This document shows positions 45,216 to 54,733 of a stretch of DNA of 64,000 bases, piece by piece; within the stretch, counting starts at the first letter, position 1; every line of letters starts with the position of its first letter. The stretch lies in the NCBI GenBank assembly GCA_017161655.1, contig JADFCV010000002.1, positions 218,778 through 282,777 on the forward strand, written 5' to 3'. The notes under the pieces were generated by a model. That model worked only from the letters and a program-made list of their open reading frames with translations, searched no databases and was not told the origin of the DNA. The DNA is from Candidatus Sumerlaeota bacterium (GTDB lineage Bacteria > Sumerlaeota > Sumerlaeia > Sumerlaeales > Sumerlaeaceae). The translations under genes were made by a program, and so were the position numbers.

Positions 45216-46289
45216 CTAGTCCAGCCATTCTTGCAAGTGAGCGGATACGAAAGCGTCGTCGGGCAGCCATGGATACTGAGCGCATACCCGCGTGATTTCC
45301 TCTGCCTGCCCCGGTGAGAGATCGAGCGTTGGGTCCAGGCATAATCGGGTCCGCAATAAACCTTGTCGCCGAAGGACTTCATTGATCCCCGGGATGCAGC
45401 CCCGAAATCCATGCGCTGCATCAAAAATAGCTGCATTCGCGTCCGTTAATTGGGCTCCGCGCTCTAACAGGGATTTCGGAACATCCGAGTGGTGCGATCG
45501 GATGTCGCGAATTTCGTGCAGCAGCCGCACTGCCGTGCGTGTCCACACGCTAAACTGTCCCAGTAAGCCGCCGCGCATGTATATCGGTGGTCCTTCATGG
45601 CGTTTCGCCACAGCAAAGGGAGTCGTGAGATCCGCCACAATGTTGTCATCGTTACCGGTGTAAAGGGCAATGTCGTTCTCACGGCCCGCATCACAGACAG
45701 CACGCACCACATCGAGTGTTCGATAGCGATCAAACGGCGCCACCTTAATGGCGACGACGTTCTCGATCTGGACAAATTCCTTCCAGAACTCGTAGGGCAG
45801 AATCCGTCCCCCGACCGCTGGTTGAAGATAAAACCCGACAAGTGGTGCGACCTCAGCCACTGCTCGGCAGTGCTCAAGCAGTTGTCGTAAAGTGGCCCTG
45901 CGTAAACTTGCGAGACTCAAAAGAACGGCATCATAGCCCAGTGTCATAGCGAGCGACGCTTCTCGTCGTGCCTGTCTGGTATGGCCGCAGACACCTGCAA
46001 TTCTCACCAAGCGTTTATGAACCACACGTTCCGCTTCCTCAGCAGCTTCCGCACATAACCGAAGGACCGGCTCAAACAAGCCAATGCCCGGCTCTCGGAT
46101 TTCAAATTGCGTCGTATGCACGGCCACGGCTATGCCCCCCGCACCAGCTGCGGCGTAATAGCGAATGAGTGCACGCTGATAGCGTGTGTCGAAACGCCGT
46201 TCTTCATCCAGCGCCAACGGAACAGCAGGAATGACAATTCCTTTGAGCAACTCTTCGTGTACTGCCCGATCGAACTGTGATGCTGCCAC
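45216..46289 (-). CDS. Dihydrodipicolinate synthase / N-acetylneuraminate lyase superfamily (class-I aldolase TIM-barrel)-like protein
   Basis: GIVIPAVPLALDEERRFDTRYQRALIRYYAAAGAGGIAVAVHTTQFEI, GYDAVLLSLASL, PLVGFYLQPAV and NVVAIKVAPFD follow the DapA/NAL topology, including the Schiff-base Lys position. Confidence 0.45.
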   Translation of the reverse strand: MAASQFDRAVHEELLKGIVIPAVPLALDEERRFDTRYQRALIRYYAAAGAGGIAVAVHTTQFEIREPGIGLFEPVLRLCAEAAEEAERVVHKRLVRIAGVCGHTRQARREASLAMTLGYDAVLLSLASLRRATLRQLLEHCRAVAEVAPLVGFYLQPAVGGRILPYEFWKEFVQIENVVAIKVAPFDRYRTLDVVRAVCDAGRENDIALYTGNDDNIVADLTTPFAVAKRHEGPPIYMRGGLLGQFSVWTRTAVRLLHEIRDIRSHHSDVPKSLLERGAQLTDANAAIFDAAHGFRGCIPGINEVLRRQGLLRTRLCLDPTLDLSPGQAEEITRVCAQYPWLPDDAFVSAHLQEWLD

Positions 46290-46302
46290 TGTCCTTCTCC
46301 CT

Positions 46303-47352
46303 TTAGTCCAGAAACTGTCCGTCTGTGACTTGAAAGTGTGTGGTGGTATTTAGCCGCGGCATACCACTTTTGACCCAGTGCGCTGTCCAACGAACCATAG
46401 TTTCCACGTCTACTTGTGCCGGGCCAAAGAGTTGGTTCGCGCGCCGTGCATCCGTGAGATAAGCAACTTCTCCTTCGTCCTCGTTAAGAAGCAGATCCTT
46501 TTGCATGGCTGCAGCGAGTTTCTCCGCAAGTTCACGCACGGAGAGCTTTTCCACCCCGCTCACGTTCAGCACTTCTGCCGGAGTGGCTGCCAGCTCGAGA
46601 CTCCGAAGTGCCCAATTGTTCATGTCGCCCTGCCAGATGATGTTCACAGCAGGAACCTTGAGGGATATACTGCGTCCGGCAGCAATGTCGGCGGCCAAAT
46701 CGGTGAGAACGCCGTAGCGTAACGCCTGTGCATAATTGAGTCGAAAAAAGAGTGTTGGCACTCGCCACTGCTCGCACACAAACTCAAAGATGCGTTCACG
46801 TCCCAAGCACGACCAGGCGTATTCGCCAACTGGCCCAACAGGGTCTTTGTCGCTGCAACCGCAGGATTTCACATCGACCAAAGGATAGACACATCCAGTC
46901 GAAAATACGACGACCCTCTTCGCTTCTTTTAGCAGTGGCACCAAAACGAGAGGCACGGCAGTGTTTGTTGCCCAAGTCCGCGCTTCTGTTCCCCGTGCGC
47001 CAAATTTTCTTCCCGTTAAAAAGATTATGTTGGAAACCCGCGGGAGTGATGCCACCTGATTGACGTCTAACAAATCGCAGGCAACCGTTTTTACCCCAAC
47101 CGATTCTAAATCGCGCCGTACTCTGCTATCCGAAAAACGCGACACTCCGTACACTTTAGCATTTTTACCAGCTGCAGCAAATGCGCGCACGGCCATTCGC
47201 GCCAATGAAGGGCCAATTTTCCCCCCTGCGCCAAGGATCATGAGATCCCCCTCGCACTTGCTCAAAGCCTGAATGGTCTGTTCCTGAGGTCGCGACAGCA
47301 ACTCGTCCAGTTGAGTTTCGGATTCCACAAGGTCAGGCAAATTCTCAGTCAT
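46303..47352 (-). CDS. NAD(P)-dependent epimerase/dehydratase (extended SDR)
   Basis: LMILGAGGKIGPSLARM (Rossmann GxxGxxG), VVVFSTGCVYP. The ORF opens at 47400; the ATG at 47352 (MTENLP) avoids overlap with the divergent aminotransferase gene. Confidence 0.65.
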   Translation of the reverse strand: MTENLPDLVESETQLDELLSRPQEQTIQALSKCEGDLMILGAGGKIGPSLARMAVRAFAAAGKNAKVYGVSRFSDSRVRRDLESVGVKTVACDLLDVNQVASLPRVSNIIFLTGRKFGARGTEARTWATNTAVPLVLVPLLKEAKRVVVFSTGCVYPLVDVKSCGCSDKDPVGPVGEYAWSCLGRERIFEFVCEQWRVPTLFFRLNYAQALRYGVLTDLAADIAAGRSISLKVPAVNIIWQGDMNNWALRSLELAATPAEVLNVSGVEKLSVRELAEKLAAAMQKDLLLNEDEGEVAYLTDARRANQLFGPAQVDVETMVRWTAHWVKSGMPRLNTTTHFQVTDGQFLD

Positions 47353-47440
47353 TGTGTCAGACTCCAGCGAACTTTGCTTGCACCAGCCAAGCGCTAGCAA
47401 TCAACTGAGACTCGTGGCAAAACCAAAAAGGAATTTCAAA

Positions 47441-48580
47441 ATGGTGCCAGGCTCTGAATTCTCTATCGATATTCGTAGCGAATTTCCCATCAAAGAGCAG
47501 TATGTCTTTCTGAACCATGCCGGCGTGGCGCCCATACCCGCCTCCACGCAGACCGCTATTACTGAGTTTGCACGCGACGCCGCGGAGGAAGGGCCGGCTA
47601 ACTACCCAGCGTGGCTTCATGGTATGGCCCGGGCACGCGAAGCTGCAGGGGAGCTTCTTCGGTGTCGGCCGGATGACGTTTGTTTTGTGCACAACACGAC
47701 CCACGGCGTTCTGATCATAGCGAATTCTATCCGGTGGCGAGAAGGTGACAACGTGGTCGGGTTCGAGCATGAGTTTCCCGCCAATATTCACCCCTGGCGA
47801 AACTTGCGCGAGAGGGGAGTGGAGTTGCGTCTCGTACCGGAAAAAGCGGATTTCCGCTACTCGCTCGACGACCTTCTCGCCGCCATCGACGCTCGCACAC
47901 GGCTTGTCGCGGTGTCGTGGGTCGAATATGGAACTGGCACGCGAAACGATCTGGCGGCGATTGCGGAAATCTGCCGAAAACGCGGAGTGCGACTATTCGT
48001 CGATGCCATTCAGGGGCTCGGGGTTCTACCCATGGATGTGCAAGCTTATGGTATCGATTTCCTGGCTGCTGATGGTCACAAGTGGCTGCTAGCGCCCGAA
48101 GGGTGTGGAATTCTTTACGTCCGTCCCGAGTGCATTGACGATCTAAACCTCAGCATGTGCGGCTGGTGTGGTCTTCGAAATCCCCAGGATTATGATAACT
48201 ACGAACAGGAATATAAACCGACGGCCAAGCGTTTTGAAGAAGGCTCTCACAATCTCATGACAATTCATGCGCTGGGGTGCTCCATGCGTCTGCTGCTGGA
48301 TGCCGGTATCGAGAAGATCGCAGAGCGCGTTTTGGAGCTGACAGATTGGCTCATGGAGAATCTTTTAGCAAAGGGCTATGATATTGTGACTCCTCGTTCT
48401 TGGAGAGACCGGGCCGGAATTGTAAGCGCGCGCAAGAGTGGGGTCGATCCTGTCGAGCTTGCTAAGTCACTGCAAGAAAAGAAAATCCTCGTCGCGGCAC
48501 GTCGCGGATTCCTCCGCATATCCCCACATTTTTACAACGATTTTGAAGAACTCCAACGCTTATTGAACCTTTTGCCTTAA
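47441..48580 (+). CDS. Class-V aminotransferase (cysteine desulfurase / selenocysteine-lyase-like fold)
   Basis: VFLNHAGVAPIP, FLAADGHKWLLAPEGCGILYVR (PLP-Lys in DGHKW). The ORF opens at 47354; the ATG at 47441 gives the conventional N-terminus. Confidence 0.7.
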   Translation: MVPGSEFSIDIRSEFPIKEQYVFLNHAGVAPIPASTQTAITEFARDAAEEGPANYPAWLHGMARAREAAGELLRCRPDDVCFVHNTTHGVLIIANSIRWREGDNVVGFEHEFPANIHPWRNLRERGVELRLVPEKADFRYSLDDLLAAIDARTRLVAVSWVEYGTGTRNDLAAIAEICRKRGVRLFVDAIQGLGVLPMDVQAYGIDFLAADGHKWLLAPEGCGILYVRPECIDDLNLSMCGWCGLRNPQDYDNYEQEYKPTAKRFEEGSHNLMTIHALGCSMRLLLDAGIEKIAERVLELTDWLMENLLAKGYDIVTPRSWRDRAGIVSARKSGVDPVELAKSLQEKKILVAARRGFLRISPHFYNDFEELQRLLNLLP

Positions 48581-48619
48581 GCGGCCAAACTAGAAGTTTT
48601 TTCTTCAAAAATATGAGCA

Positions 48620-48638
48620 CAGCTCAGTTCATGAGCTG
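48620..48638. other. Perfect 7-bp stem / 5-nt loop hairpin (CAGCTCA gttca TGAGCTG) in the convergent intergenic region
   Basis: Seen directly in the sequence. On the minus strand it is followed by ATATTTTTGAAG, so it could act as a distal terminator for the sigma-factor gene. Confidence 0.3.
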
Positions 48639-48900
48639 GGAGCAGCAGCGCGAGCAACAAAGCCTCAATGAAACGGAAAAGCACTGATTTGTTTTAAGGG
48701 GGCACGCGACAGAGACGTCACCGAGAAATTCCAGTTTGCTAGGTAGGGGGATGCGTCGAAAAGGCAAACTCTTTTCCCTGAATCGAAAAGAAAAATGTGA
48801 CGACTGAAAGGCATCCTTCGGTCGTCCCATTCTCGAAATTTTCTTAGGAAAAGTTCGCTAAGTGTTGGCCCTCCGGCGCTTCAGCATAGTTGCTCAGCGA

Positions 48901-49767
48901 TCAATTCTTTTCCCCGATAACTTCCAGATACTTTTCACGCAATTCCTGACGAGCGTTGAACAGGCGGCTCATGACTGTGCCGATGGGAATATCGAGCGCG
49001 TCCGCAATCTCCTTGTAAGAGAGATTGTGGAAATGCTTCATGATGATGATTTCGCGAAAGTCCGGTTTTAGTCGGTTAATGGCTTCCCACAGTTGCTCAC
49101 GTTCTTGGTTCTGCTCAAACTGTTCACGAGGATTTGGCCGATTCTCTCGGAACTGCATGTATTGCTCTTCTTCGAGCTCATCGATCGAATCGTTACGTAC
49201 ACGTGCACTCTTTTTGATGTAATTCAGGCAGTGGTTCTTAATAATTTTGTAGAACCACGGGAAAAAGGGCGAGTTCAGGTCAAAAGTCTTGATCGCTTTG
49301 AAGGCTTTGACAAACGCGTCCTGCGACAGATCAAGTGCATCTTCGTGGTTGTTCACAAAGCTCACGGCTGTATAGTAGGCTTTGCGCTTGTACGCGTTGA
49401 CAAGCTCCTCAAATGCCTCGCGGTCACCCTCTTGCACGCGACGGATAATTTCCCGTTCCTGGTCGGGTGTGAGAAACTGTTCTGGTCCGAGCAATTCATC
49501 AAGGTCCCCGCGCACCTCAACCTCGGGAATCTGCTCGGGAACAGTCACGACCTCCATCGTGCCTTCCGGAAGCTCGAGAGGCAGCTCGTGACCCGCCGCT
49601 TCGGCCACGCTTTCTGCCCGCTCGTGCCTCTCTTCCTTCGGCCGTTTTGATGTTCTCGTCCTATTCACCGGCTTCTTCTTCGTCGTCCTCAGAGTATTTT
49701 CCTTGCGATTTTTAACCAATAGAGTCTCAGCCATTTCGCTAACATTTCTAATCGTTATTTCAGCCAT
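48901..49767 (-). CDS. RNA polymerase sigma-70 family factor (ECF/sigma-24-like) with ~100-aa Lys-rich/acidic N-terminal extension
   Basis: Region 2 EGDREAFEELVNAYKRKAYYTAVSFVNNHEDALDLSQDAFVKAFK. Region 4 SYKEIADALDIPIGTVMSRLFNARQELREK. N-terminal TTKKKPVNRTRTSKRPKEERHE. Confidence 0.75.
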   Translation of the reverse strand: MAEITIRNVSEMAETLLVKNRKENTLRTTKKKPVNRTRTSKRPKEERHERAESVAEAAGHELPLELPEGTMEVVTVPEQIPEVEVRGDLDELLGPEQFLTPDQEREIIRRVQEGDREAFEELVNAYKRKAYYTAVSFVNNHEDALDLSQDAFVKAFKAIKTFDLNSPFFPWFYKIIKNHCLNYIKKSARVRNDSIDELEEEQYMQFRENRPNPREQFEQNQEREQLWEAINRLKPDFREIIIMKHFHNLSYKEIADALDIPIGTVMSRLFNARQELREKYLEVIGEKN

Positions 49768-50121
49768 CCCCTGTACCCTCCTTCAACCTTATTTTGTCAG
49801 TTGAGAGGAGAGCACAAAACATGCCACCCCTACGCTCGCAGCGACATCCTCTCTCGCTCTTTTTCCCGCACCATGTTGAAACGATTCTGTGGTGGCTTGA
49901 TGACTCCCCTCGTTTATTAGCATTTCATCACTTACGAGTTGAGTGTAAGCGATTTGTTCTTCGCCATGGCCGAGTGCAGCCGTCCCCGATTTCCCCCCAA
50001 ATGTCTCCGCTTTTCCAGAAAGTGTTCAAAAACGGCTCACTGGGCGTTACATATTGAGCAAGCTGCGCCTAGGAAACAATGATTCGAGAGACAGAAATAG
50101 AATTAGTGCTCCGTCGCTGAG

Positions 50122-50577
50122 CTACTGGCGCTCTTCGTAGCGACCGCCACGAGTCCAGTCGTCGTACTCATCCCAATACCAGTTGCTACGACTGGTTCCA
50201 CAATAATTTCCCCGTGGGTATTTCGCCTCTGTTTTATAATTTGGCCACAGGCGCGGATGGTAAAAAGGATAATACTTCGGGCTCAACCCTTCGTAGCGAT
50301 GGTACGAGGCGGGAAAATAATACGTTGGACCGTAATCGTTGTGCAACGCAAAGCCCTGTCCCACCCGCCGTTTTGGAACGGGAAGAGGCGCATCACGATC
50401 CACAGCAAAATCACCAGCAGGAGGGCCAATTTTCTTGGGGGCCACACGCGCGGGGCGCCCTGGTTCGCAAATGGCGGTGCCTCGCGGAAGTTCACCACCA
50501 GCCTGCACAAGACTCATACTTACCAACAGGCAGCCTGCCACCGTCAACATGCGACACGATGTCACACTCAGTTTCAT
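50122..50577 (-). CDS. Small secreted Tyr/Trp-rich protein (hypothetical)
   Basis: Signal peptide MKLSVTSCRMLTVAGCLLVSMSLVQAGG. The mature part is ~10% Tyr+Trp (YYFPASYHRYEGLSPKYYPFYHPRLWPNYK...NWYWDEYDDW). Confidence 0.45.
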   Translation of the reverse strand: MKLSVTSCRMLTVAGCLLVSMSLVQAGGELPRGTAICEPGRPARVAPKKIGPPAGDFAVDRDAPLPVPKRRVGQGFALHNDYGPTYYFPASYHRYEGLSPKYYPFYHPRLWPNYKTEAKYPRGNYCGTSRSNWYWDEYDDWTRGGRYEERQ

Positions 50578-50827
50578 TTTCTATCCTTTTTCTGCTGATA
50601 CACAGGAGACTAAGCCAGTGCCCCACCGGCGTTGTCAACTAGAGAACCAAACGACCGTGACACAATGTTGACACTCTTGCGGAATTATGCGTTTTGTGTC
50701 AGAGAAAAAGCTTGAGCCAGGAGCATGCAACCATGCATGCAAGTGGCACACACTTTGCCCACAAATTTCGGCGTCCGTGAGAATTGCCTTTGTGGACAAT
50801 GACCGAGAATGTTGACGAGGAACTGAT

Positions 50828-51520
50828 GTGATGACCACGGCTCGAACAATCGCCATCGGGTTGGGTGTTTTGTTTGTTCTGGGCGGACTGAGTGAGGACC
50901 TTGCATTTGCCCAATGCTCAAGCCCACCTATTCCGTTTTTCGATACAGCCAAATCCGGAGAGCGTCCCTCGCAGTATCAGCCGAATCAGATTTGTCCGCC
51001 ACGCCCCAAGGTGGATTTTACTGAGGAAGGGCAGCCGATCCTTATCAAACGTTACCCCATGAATAGCCGGCAGTCGATTCTCCACTTTCGCAAATATCCC
51101 TATTACGCGAACACGCAGGGAGTTGAACACGTCCAGCGTGGCAAGCGTTTAAAGCGCCAGCCAGAAGTTGTGCTCTCAGAAGATCAGAAGGCAATTCTCC
51201 GCAAGTGGGGGCAACCAGACTATCTCCGTGGTCCGTATCGCAGCACCCGCGGCGATTCTGTCGTCGAGTGGGTTTATCACCGGCTTAACCACTTGTTTCA
51301 GTTCGTAGACGGGACGATGGTCTACGAAGGGCCACTCACAGACCAGGAGCGAACCGTCCTCACCTACGGACTACCCCGTGAGATTCTATCAAGCACCGTG
51401 GCCCCTAACATCCGCCGTGAAACGTGGTTTTACAATTCCTCCTGGCATCCCAACAAAGAAATGGTTTTCAGCTTTGCCAATGGCAAGCTGGTGTTCTCTG
51501 ATGAGAACTACTCTCACTAA
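50828..51520 (+). CDS. Secreted hypothetical protein (230 aa)
   Basis: Signal peptide MMTTARTIAIGLGVLFVLGGLSEDLAFAQ. No recognisable domain. Confidence 0.45.
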   Translation: MMTTARTIAIGLGVLFVLGGLSEDLAFAQCSSPPIPFFDTAKSGERPSQYQPNQICPPRPKVDFTEEGQPILIKRYPMNSRQSILHFRKYPYYANTQGVEHVQRGKRLKRQPEVVLSEDQKAILRKWGQPDYLRGPYRSTRGDSVVEWVYHRLNHLFQFVDGTMVYEGPLTDQERTVLTYGLPREILSSTVAPNIRRETWFYNSSWHPNKEMVFSFANGKLVFSDENYSH

Positions 51521-51523
51521 CAA

Positions 51524-53134
51524 ATGTCACCGTTGGATGTTGCTTCGATTACGCGAAAGGACACAAACATGAGAGAATACCCCCATAAGATTTGGCTCTG
51601 CGATTTCTCAAGATTTGTGCTGCAGCTTCTCTTTCCTGCGCTCGTGATCACCTTTATCCAGTTCAGTGCAGAGCCGTTGCGAGCGCGTCCGGTCGAGGGG
51701 CGGCGCGAAGCGCTTGCTTTGCTCGCTGAGGGCCAGGAAAGCCTGAAGAATGGAAAAGTGTCGCAGGCCATCGAGCTTCTGCGTCGGTCGGTCGAAATTG
51801 CCCCTTCTCCCGCTGCTTACTACGCACTGGGGCAGGCACTGCGCAAAGCCGGACAAAAGGATGAGGCACGGTCCGCTTTCGAAAAAGCCGTGGAGCTCAA
51901 TCCTGCCTACGAATTGGCCAAACAGGCGTTGAAAGATCTCGAGAGCGCTGGGCCACACTCGGCAAATGATTCCACGAATTTTGATGCAGTTGTCAGTGAG
52001 CAAGAAACACTCGAATCTCTGAAAACCGGCGACCAGCCGGAGCGCTCTGAAGCTAAGCCCACGATCCTGGCGGTCGGAGCTCTACTTCCGAAACCAAAGA
52101 AACTCTTGGGCTCTGCGGCTCCCTCGATTCCATCTCCTCCCAATCAGGTTCGTGATGGGACCGCACGGGACGCCGTCATCCCGCAGCAGCCAGTCGAGGT
52201 AATACAAGAGGTTCCTGTTCGGGAAATCGTGACAGCATCCGTGGCGAAAAAACAAGAACGCGGACGCATTGCAACCACTGGGCGAGAGACCGCTGAAGAG
52301 TCAGCGACGAGTACACTTAAGAAATTCAGCTTGTGGCGTGGAAAAAAAGAACAGGGCGCGACCCCAGGCCAAAGGAGCGAGGAGAATAAGGTCGCGGGGC
52401 AACAGCCACAGGATGTGTCGAGGTCAGCTCAGAGTCGCTCCGAGCAAAACTCGAATGCGAGGACGACTGCTCCAGACGCTCGCGCCATCAATGAGGCGGC
52501 ATTCTCCTCTGACGAGCCAGAAAATCAAAAACCTGCAAAGCGCTATGGGAACCCCACAAAGATCCTTCTCGGAACGTTCGAATTCCACAAAGAGAAGGGT
52601 GATGCATATCGGCGGGCTCAGCGCTGGACGGAAGCGGCCGATGAGTATCAGGCGGCGTTAGAGAAAAATCCGGATGACGCAGAGACCCGGGCGATGTTGG
52701 CAGAGTGTCTGGCGCGGGCGGGCGAGGTCGATGTGGCCGAGGAACAGTTTCGCCGTGCGTTGGAGATGGATCCTGGCGATCCACGCGTTCTGTTCCGAAT
52801 GGGCAACACCTACCGACAGCTCAAACGCCTCGACGATGCCATTTCTGCGTATCGGAAGGCTCTTGCTGCGAATCCCAACGATGTTGTGATTCGCAACAAT
52901 CTTGGCGTCGTGTACATGGAAAAAGGCCAGTACGCGAAAGCTGCTCAGGAATTCAAAAAGGTTCTCGAGATTGATCCCAAATATGACAAAGCGGTACTGA
53001 ATCTCGGCATTCTCTACGACGAGCATTTAGGCGACAAGACACAAGCACTCCAGTATTATCAACGCTACGTGCAAATGGGGGCGCCACGCGCGCGTGAAGT
53101 CCAACGGTGGGTGGAAGAGCTTCAAAACAAATGA
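51524..53134 (+). CDS. TPR-repeat protein with N-terminal anchor and central low-complexity region
   Basis: TPR units AAYYALGQALRKAGQKDEARSAFEKAVELNP. The C-terminal block is DAYRRAQRWTEAADEYQAALEKNPDD...GNTYRQLKRLDDAISAYRKALAANPNDVVIRNNLGVVYMEKGQYAKAAQEFKKVLEIDP. Alternative start at 51569. Confidence 0.65.
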   Translation: MSPLDVASITRKDTNMREYPHKIWLCDFSRFVLQLLFPALVITFIQFSAEPLRARPVEGRREALALLAEGQESLKNGKVSQAIELLRRSVEIAPSPAAYYALGQALRKAGQKDEARSAFEKAVELNPAYELAKQALKDLESAGPHSANDSTNFDAVVSEQETLESLKTGDQPERSEAKPTILAVGALLPKPKKLLGSAAPSIPSPPNQVRDGTARDAVIPQQPVEVIQEVPVREIVTASVAKKQERGRIATTGRETAEESATSTLKKFSLWRGKKEQGATPGQRSEENKVAGQQPQDVSRSAQSRSEQNSNARTTAPDARAINEAAFSSDEPENQKPAKRYGNPTKILLGTFEFHKEKGDAYRRAQRWTEAADEYQAALEKNPDDAETRAMLAECLARAGEVDVAEEQFRRALEMDPGDPRVLFRMGNTYRQLKRLDDAISAYRKALAANPNDVVIRNNLGVVYMEKGQYAKAAQEFKKVLEIDPKYDKAVLNLGILYDEHLGDKTQALQYYQRYVQMGAPRAREVQRWVEELQNK

Positions 53135-53201
53135 GCTGGGATATGCTCCCCACATGGTCTCGTGCAGAACACACGATAAAGCTGTAGGAGGTTTGTCTTC
53201 G

Positions 53202-54506
53202 ATGAAACAGGCCTGTAATCATCGCACTACCGGTGGAGTCCTTGCGTTTCTTGTTCTGGGCAGTTTAGCGTTGTCCGGTGTTGTCTTTGCGCAGCAAAGA
53301 CCCGGCCAGAGTGCTGACACGTCTCGAGTAGCTTCTGATGCAGCACGTCGTTACGTCTTACGAGGAACGACGACACCTTTGTTCCGAAAAGCCCCAGTGA
53401 CCTCAGCTCCCTCTATTTTGAATCGGCGCCTTGCCACTACAGGCCCTCTAACCCGCGCTGCAATGACCACGGAAGCACTGATGCGCGCGCGACTTGCGCA
53501 GCAAGCCGAACGACAAAAGTTTGTGAGATCAGTCGCCCCAATGACAACTGCTGCACTGCGTGCTTTCGTGACACCAACAAGTGCGCCCCAATCACTTCAG
53601 CGAGTCATTTCGCTTCTCCACAGCAGCAATCGCCGCTCTACGGTTGAGACCTGTCATTGCCCCGCTCATCCTCTTGGCGGAATTGACCGCGAAGCGCGGG
53701 TCGTTGACGAGATTGAAGCCAGCGGACAGCCATGCATACTTGTAGATGCAGGTGGCTACCTGCGTTTGCCGCCTAACGAACGCAGCAAACAAGGAGCCGC
53801 CATCGCGCTGGAGGCCATTACGAAAATGGGTACCCATGCGGTCAATGTCGGAATCACCGATCTTTCCGCCGGCTCCAAATTTCTGCGCGATCTCGAAACC
53901 TCCTTTTCGGTCCCGTTCGTCTCAACCAATGTTCTGACAAAGGAGGGAAAACAGCTATTTCCGGCCTATCGACTTGTTCCAGTTCGCCTTCTTGACGGAA
54001 AGAAGGTGACAGTGGCCGTTGTCGGTGTAACGCGTCCGAACAAAGCCGACGAAAATTCTCCGCGCTTGGGAACTGTCCCTGACGATGTGACGATCGGGGA
54101 CCCAAAAGAGGCCCTAGAGCGTACCATCCCCGACGTGCGGAAGAAAGCCGACCTCGTCATTCTTTTGGCGTACTATACGCGGGAAGATGCTCCGAGCTTT
54201 GTTGCTTCATTGTCTCCTAAAGCGCGCCCTGACGTTGTGGTGTGCGGGGATTTCACTGTGGGACAACGTCGCGAATACTACCTTGCCAATCTAACTCAGG
54301 TTGATGGGCTTTACTATCTTACCGGCGGTTATGAGGGACGTCAGCTGGGGCACACGATGCTCGAACTCGACAAGAAAAACACAGTCGTAAGTGCAAGCTC
54401 AAAGCTTATCGAAATCGAGCAATCCATTCCACCTAACTCGAGCTTTACACCGTTTGTTGAGCAATATCAAAAGCGCATGTCGAACTTACTTATGGAAGGT
54501 AAGTAA
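53202..54506 (+). CDS. Secreted 5'-nucleotidase/metallophosphoesterase-like protein with degenerate metal-binding motifs
   Basis: Signal peptide GGVLAFLVLGSLALSGVVFAQ. CILVDAGGYL...AITKMGTHAVNVGITDLSAG...VPFVSTNV follows the UshA/5'-NT fold order (DaGD..G / GNHEFD / sANv), but the His/Asn ligands are replaced. GGAGG precedes the ATG at 53202. Confidence 0.4.
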   Translation: MKQACNHRTTGGVLAFLVLGSLALSGVVFAQQRPGQSADTSRVASDAARRYVLRGTTTPLFRKAPVTSAPSILNRRLATTGPLTRAAMTTEALMRARLAQQAERQKFVRSVAPMTTAALRAFVTPTSAPQSLQRVISLLHSSNRRSTVETCHCPAHPLGGIDREARVVDEIEASGQPCILVDAGGYLRLPPNERSKQGAAIALEAITKMGTHAVNVGITDLSAGSKFLRDLETSFSVPFVSTNVLTKEGKQLFPAYRLVPVRLLDGKKVTVAVVGVTRPNKADENSPRLGTVPDDVTIGDPKEALERTIPDVRKKADLVILLAYYTREDAPSFVASLSPKARPDVVVCGDFTVGQRREYYLANLTQVDGLYYLTGGYEGRQLGHTMLELDKKNTVVSASSKLIEIEQSIPPNSSFTPFVEQYQKRMSNLLMEGK

Positions 54507-54733
54507 GCCCTTTGCGTTCCTAATTCAAACGTTTCCAATATGATTTCATCGTGACTTTTTTGAAACTCGATGAATACCGAAGCGGAAATTTGGTTTTCGG
54601 GGACGTGAAAGCGCTCACTTTCTAGCACTGACGTGAGAAGCACCATCAGGTGCTTATTCTGTATCAGTGCAAGAAAAGATGAGCACGACGGGGCATCATA
54701 CGCCTCACATTCCATTTCAAGAGAAAGGAAGCT

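Noticed and set aside
45292-45877. Several 120-140-aa ORFs on both strands
   Set aside because: They are nested within, or antisense to, the DHDPS-like gene 45216-46289, which has the better motif support.
49794-50057. 87-aa plus-strand ORF in the region upstream of the sigma-factor gene
   Set aside because: It has no Shine-Dalgarno sequence, odd composition and no motif. It is more likely part of the sigma-factor promoter/leader region than an anti-sigma factor.
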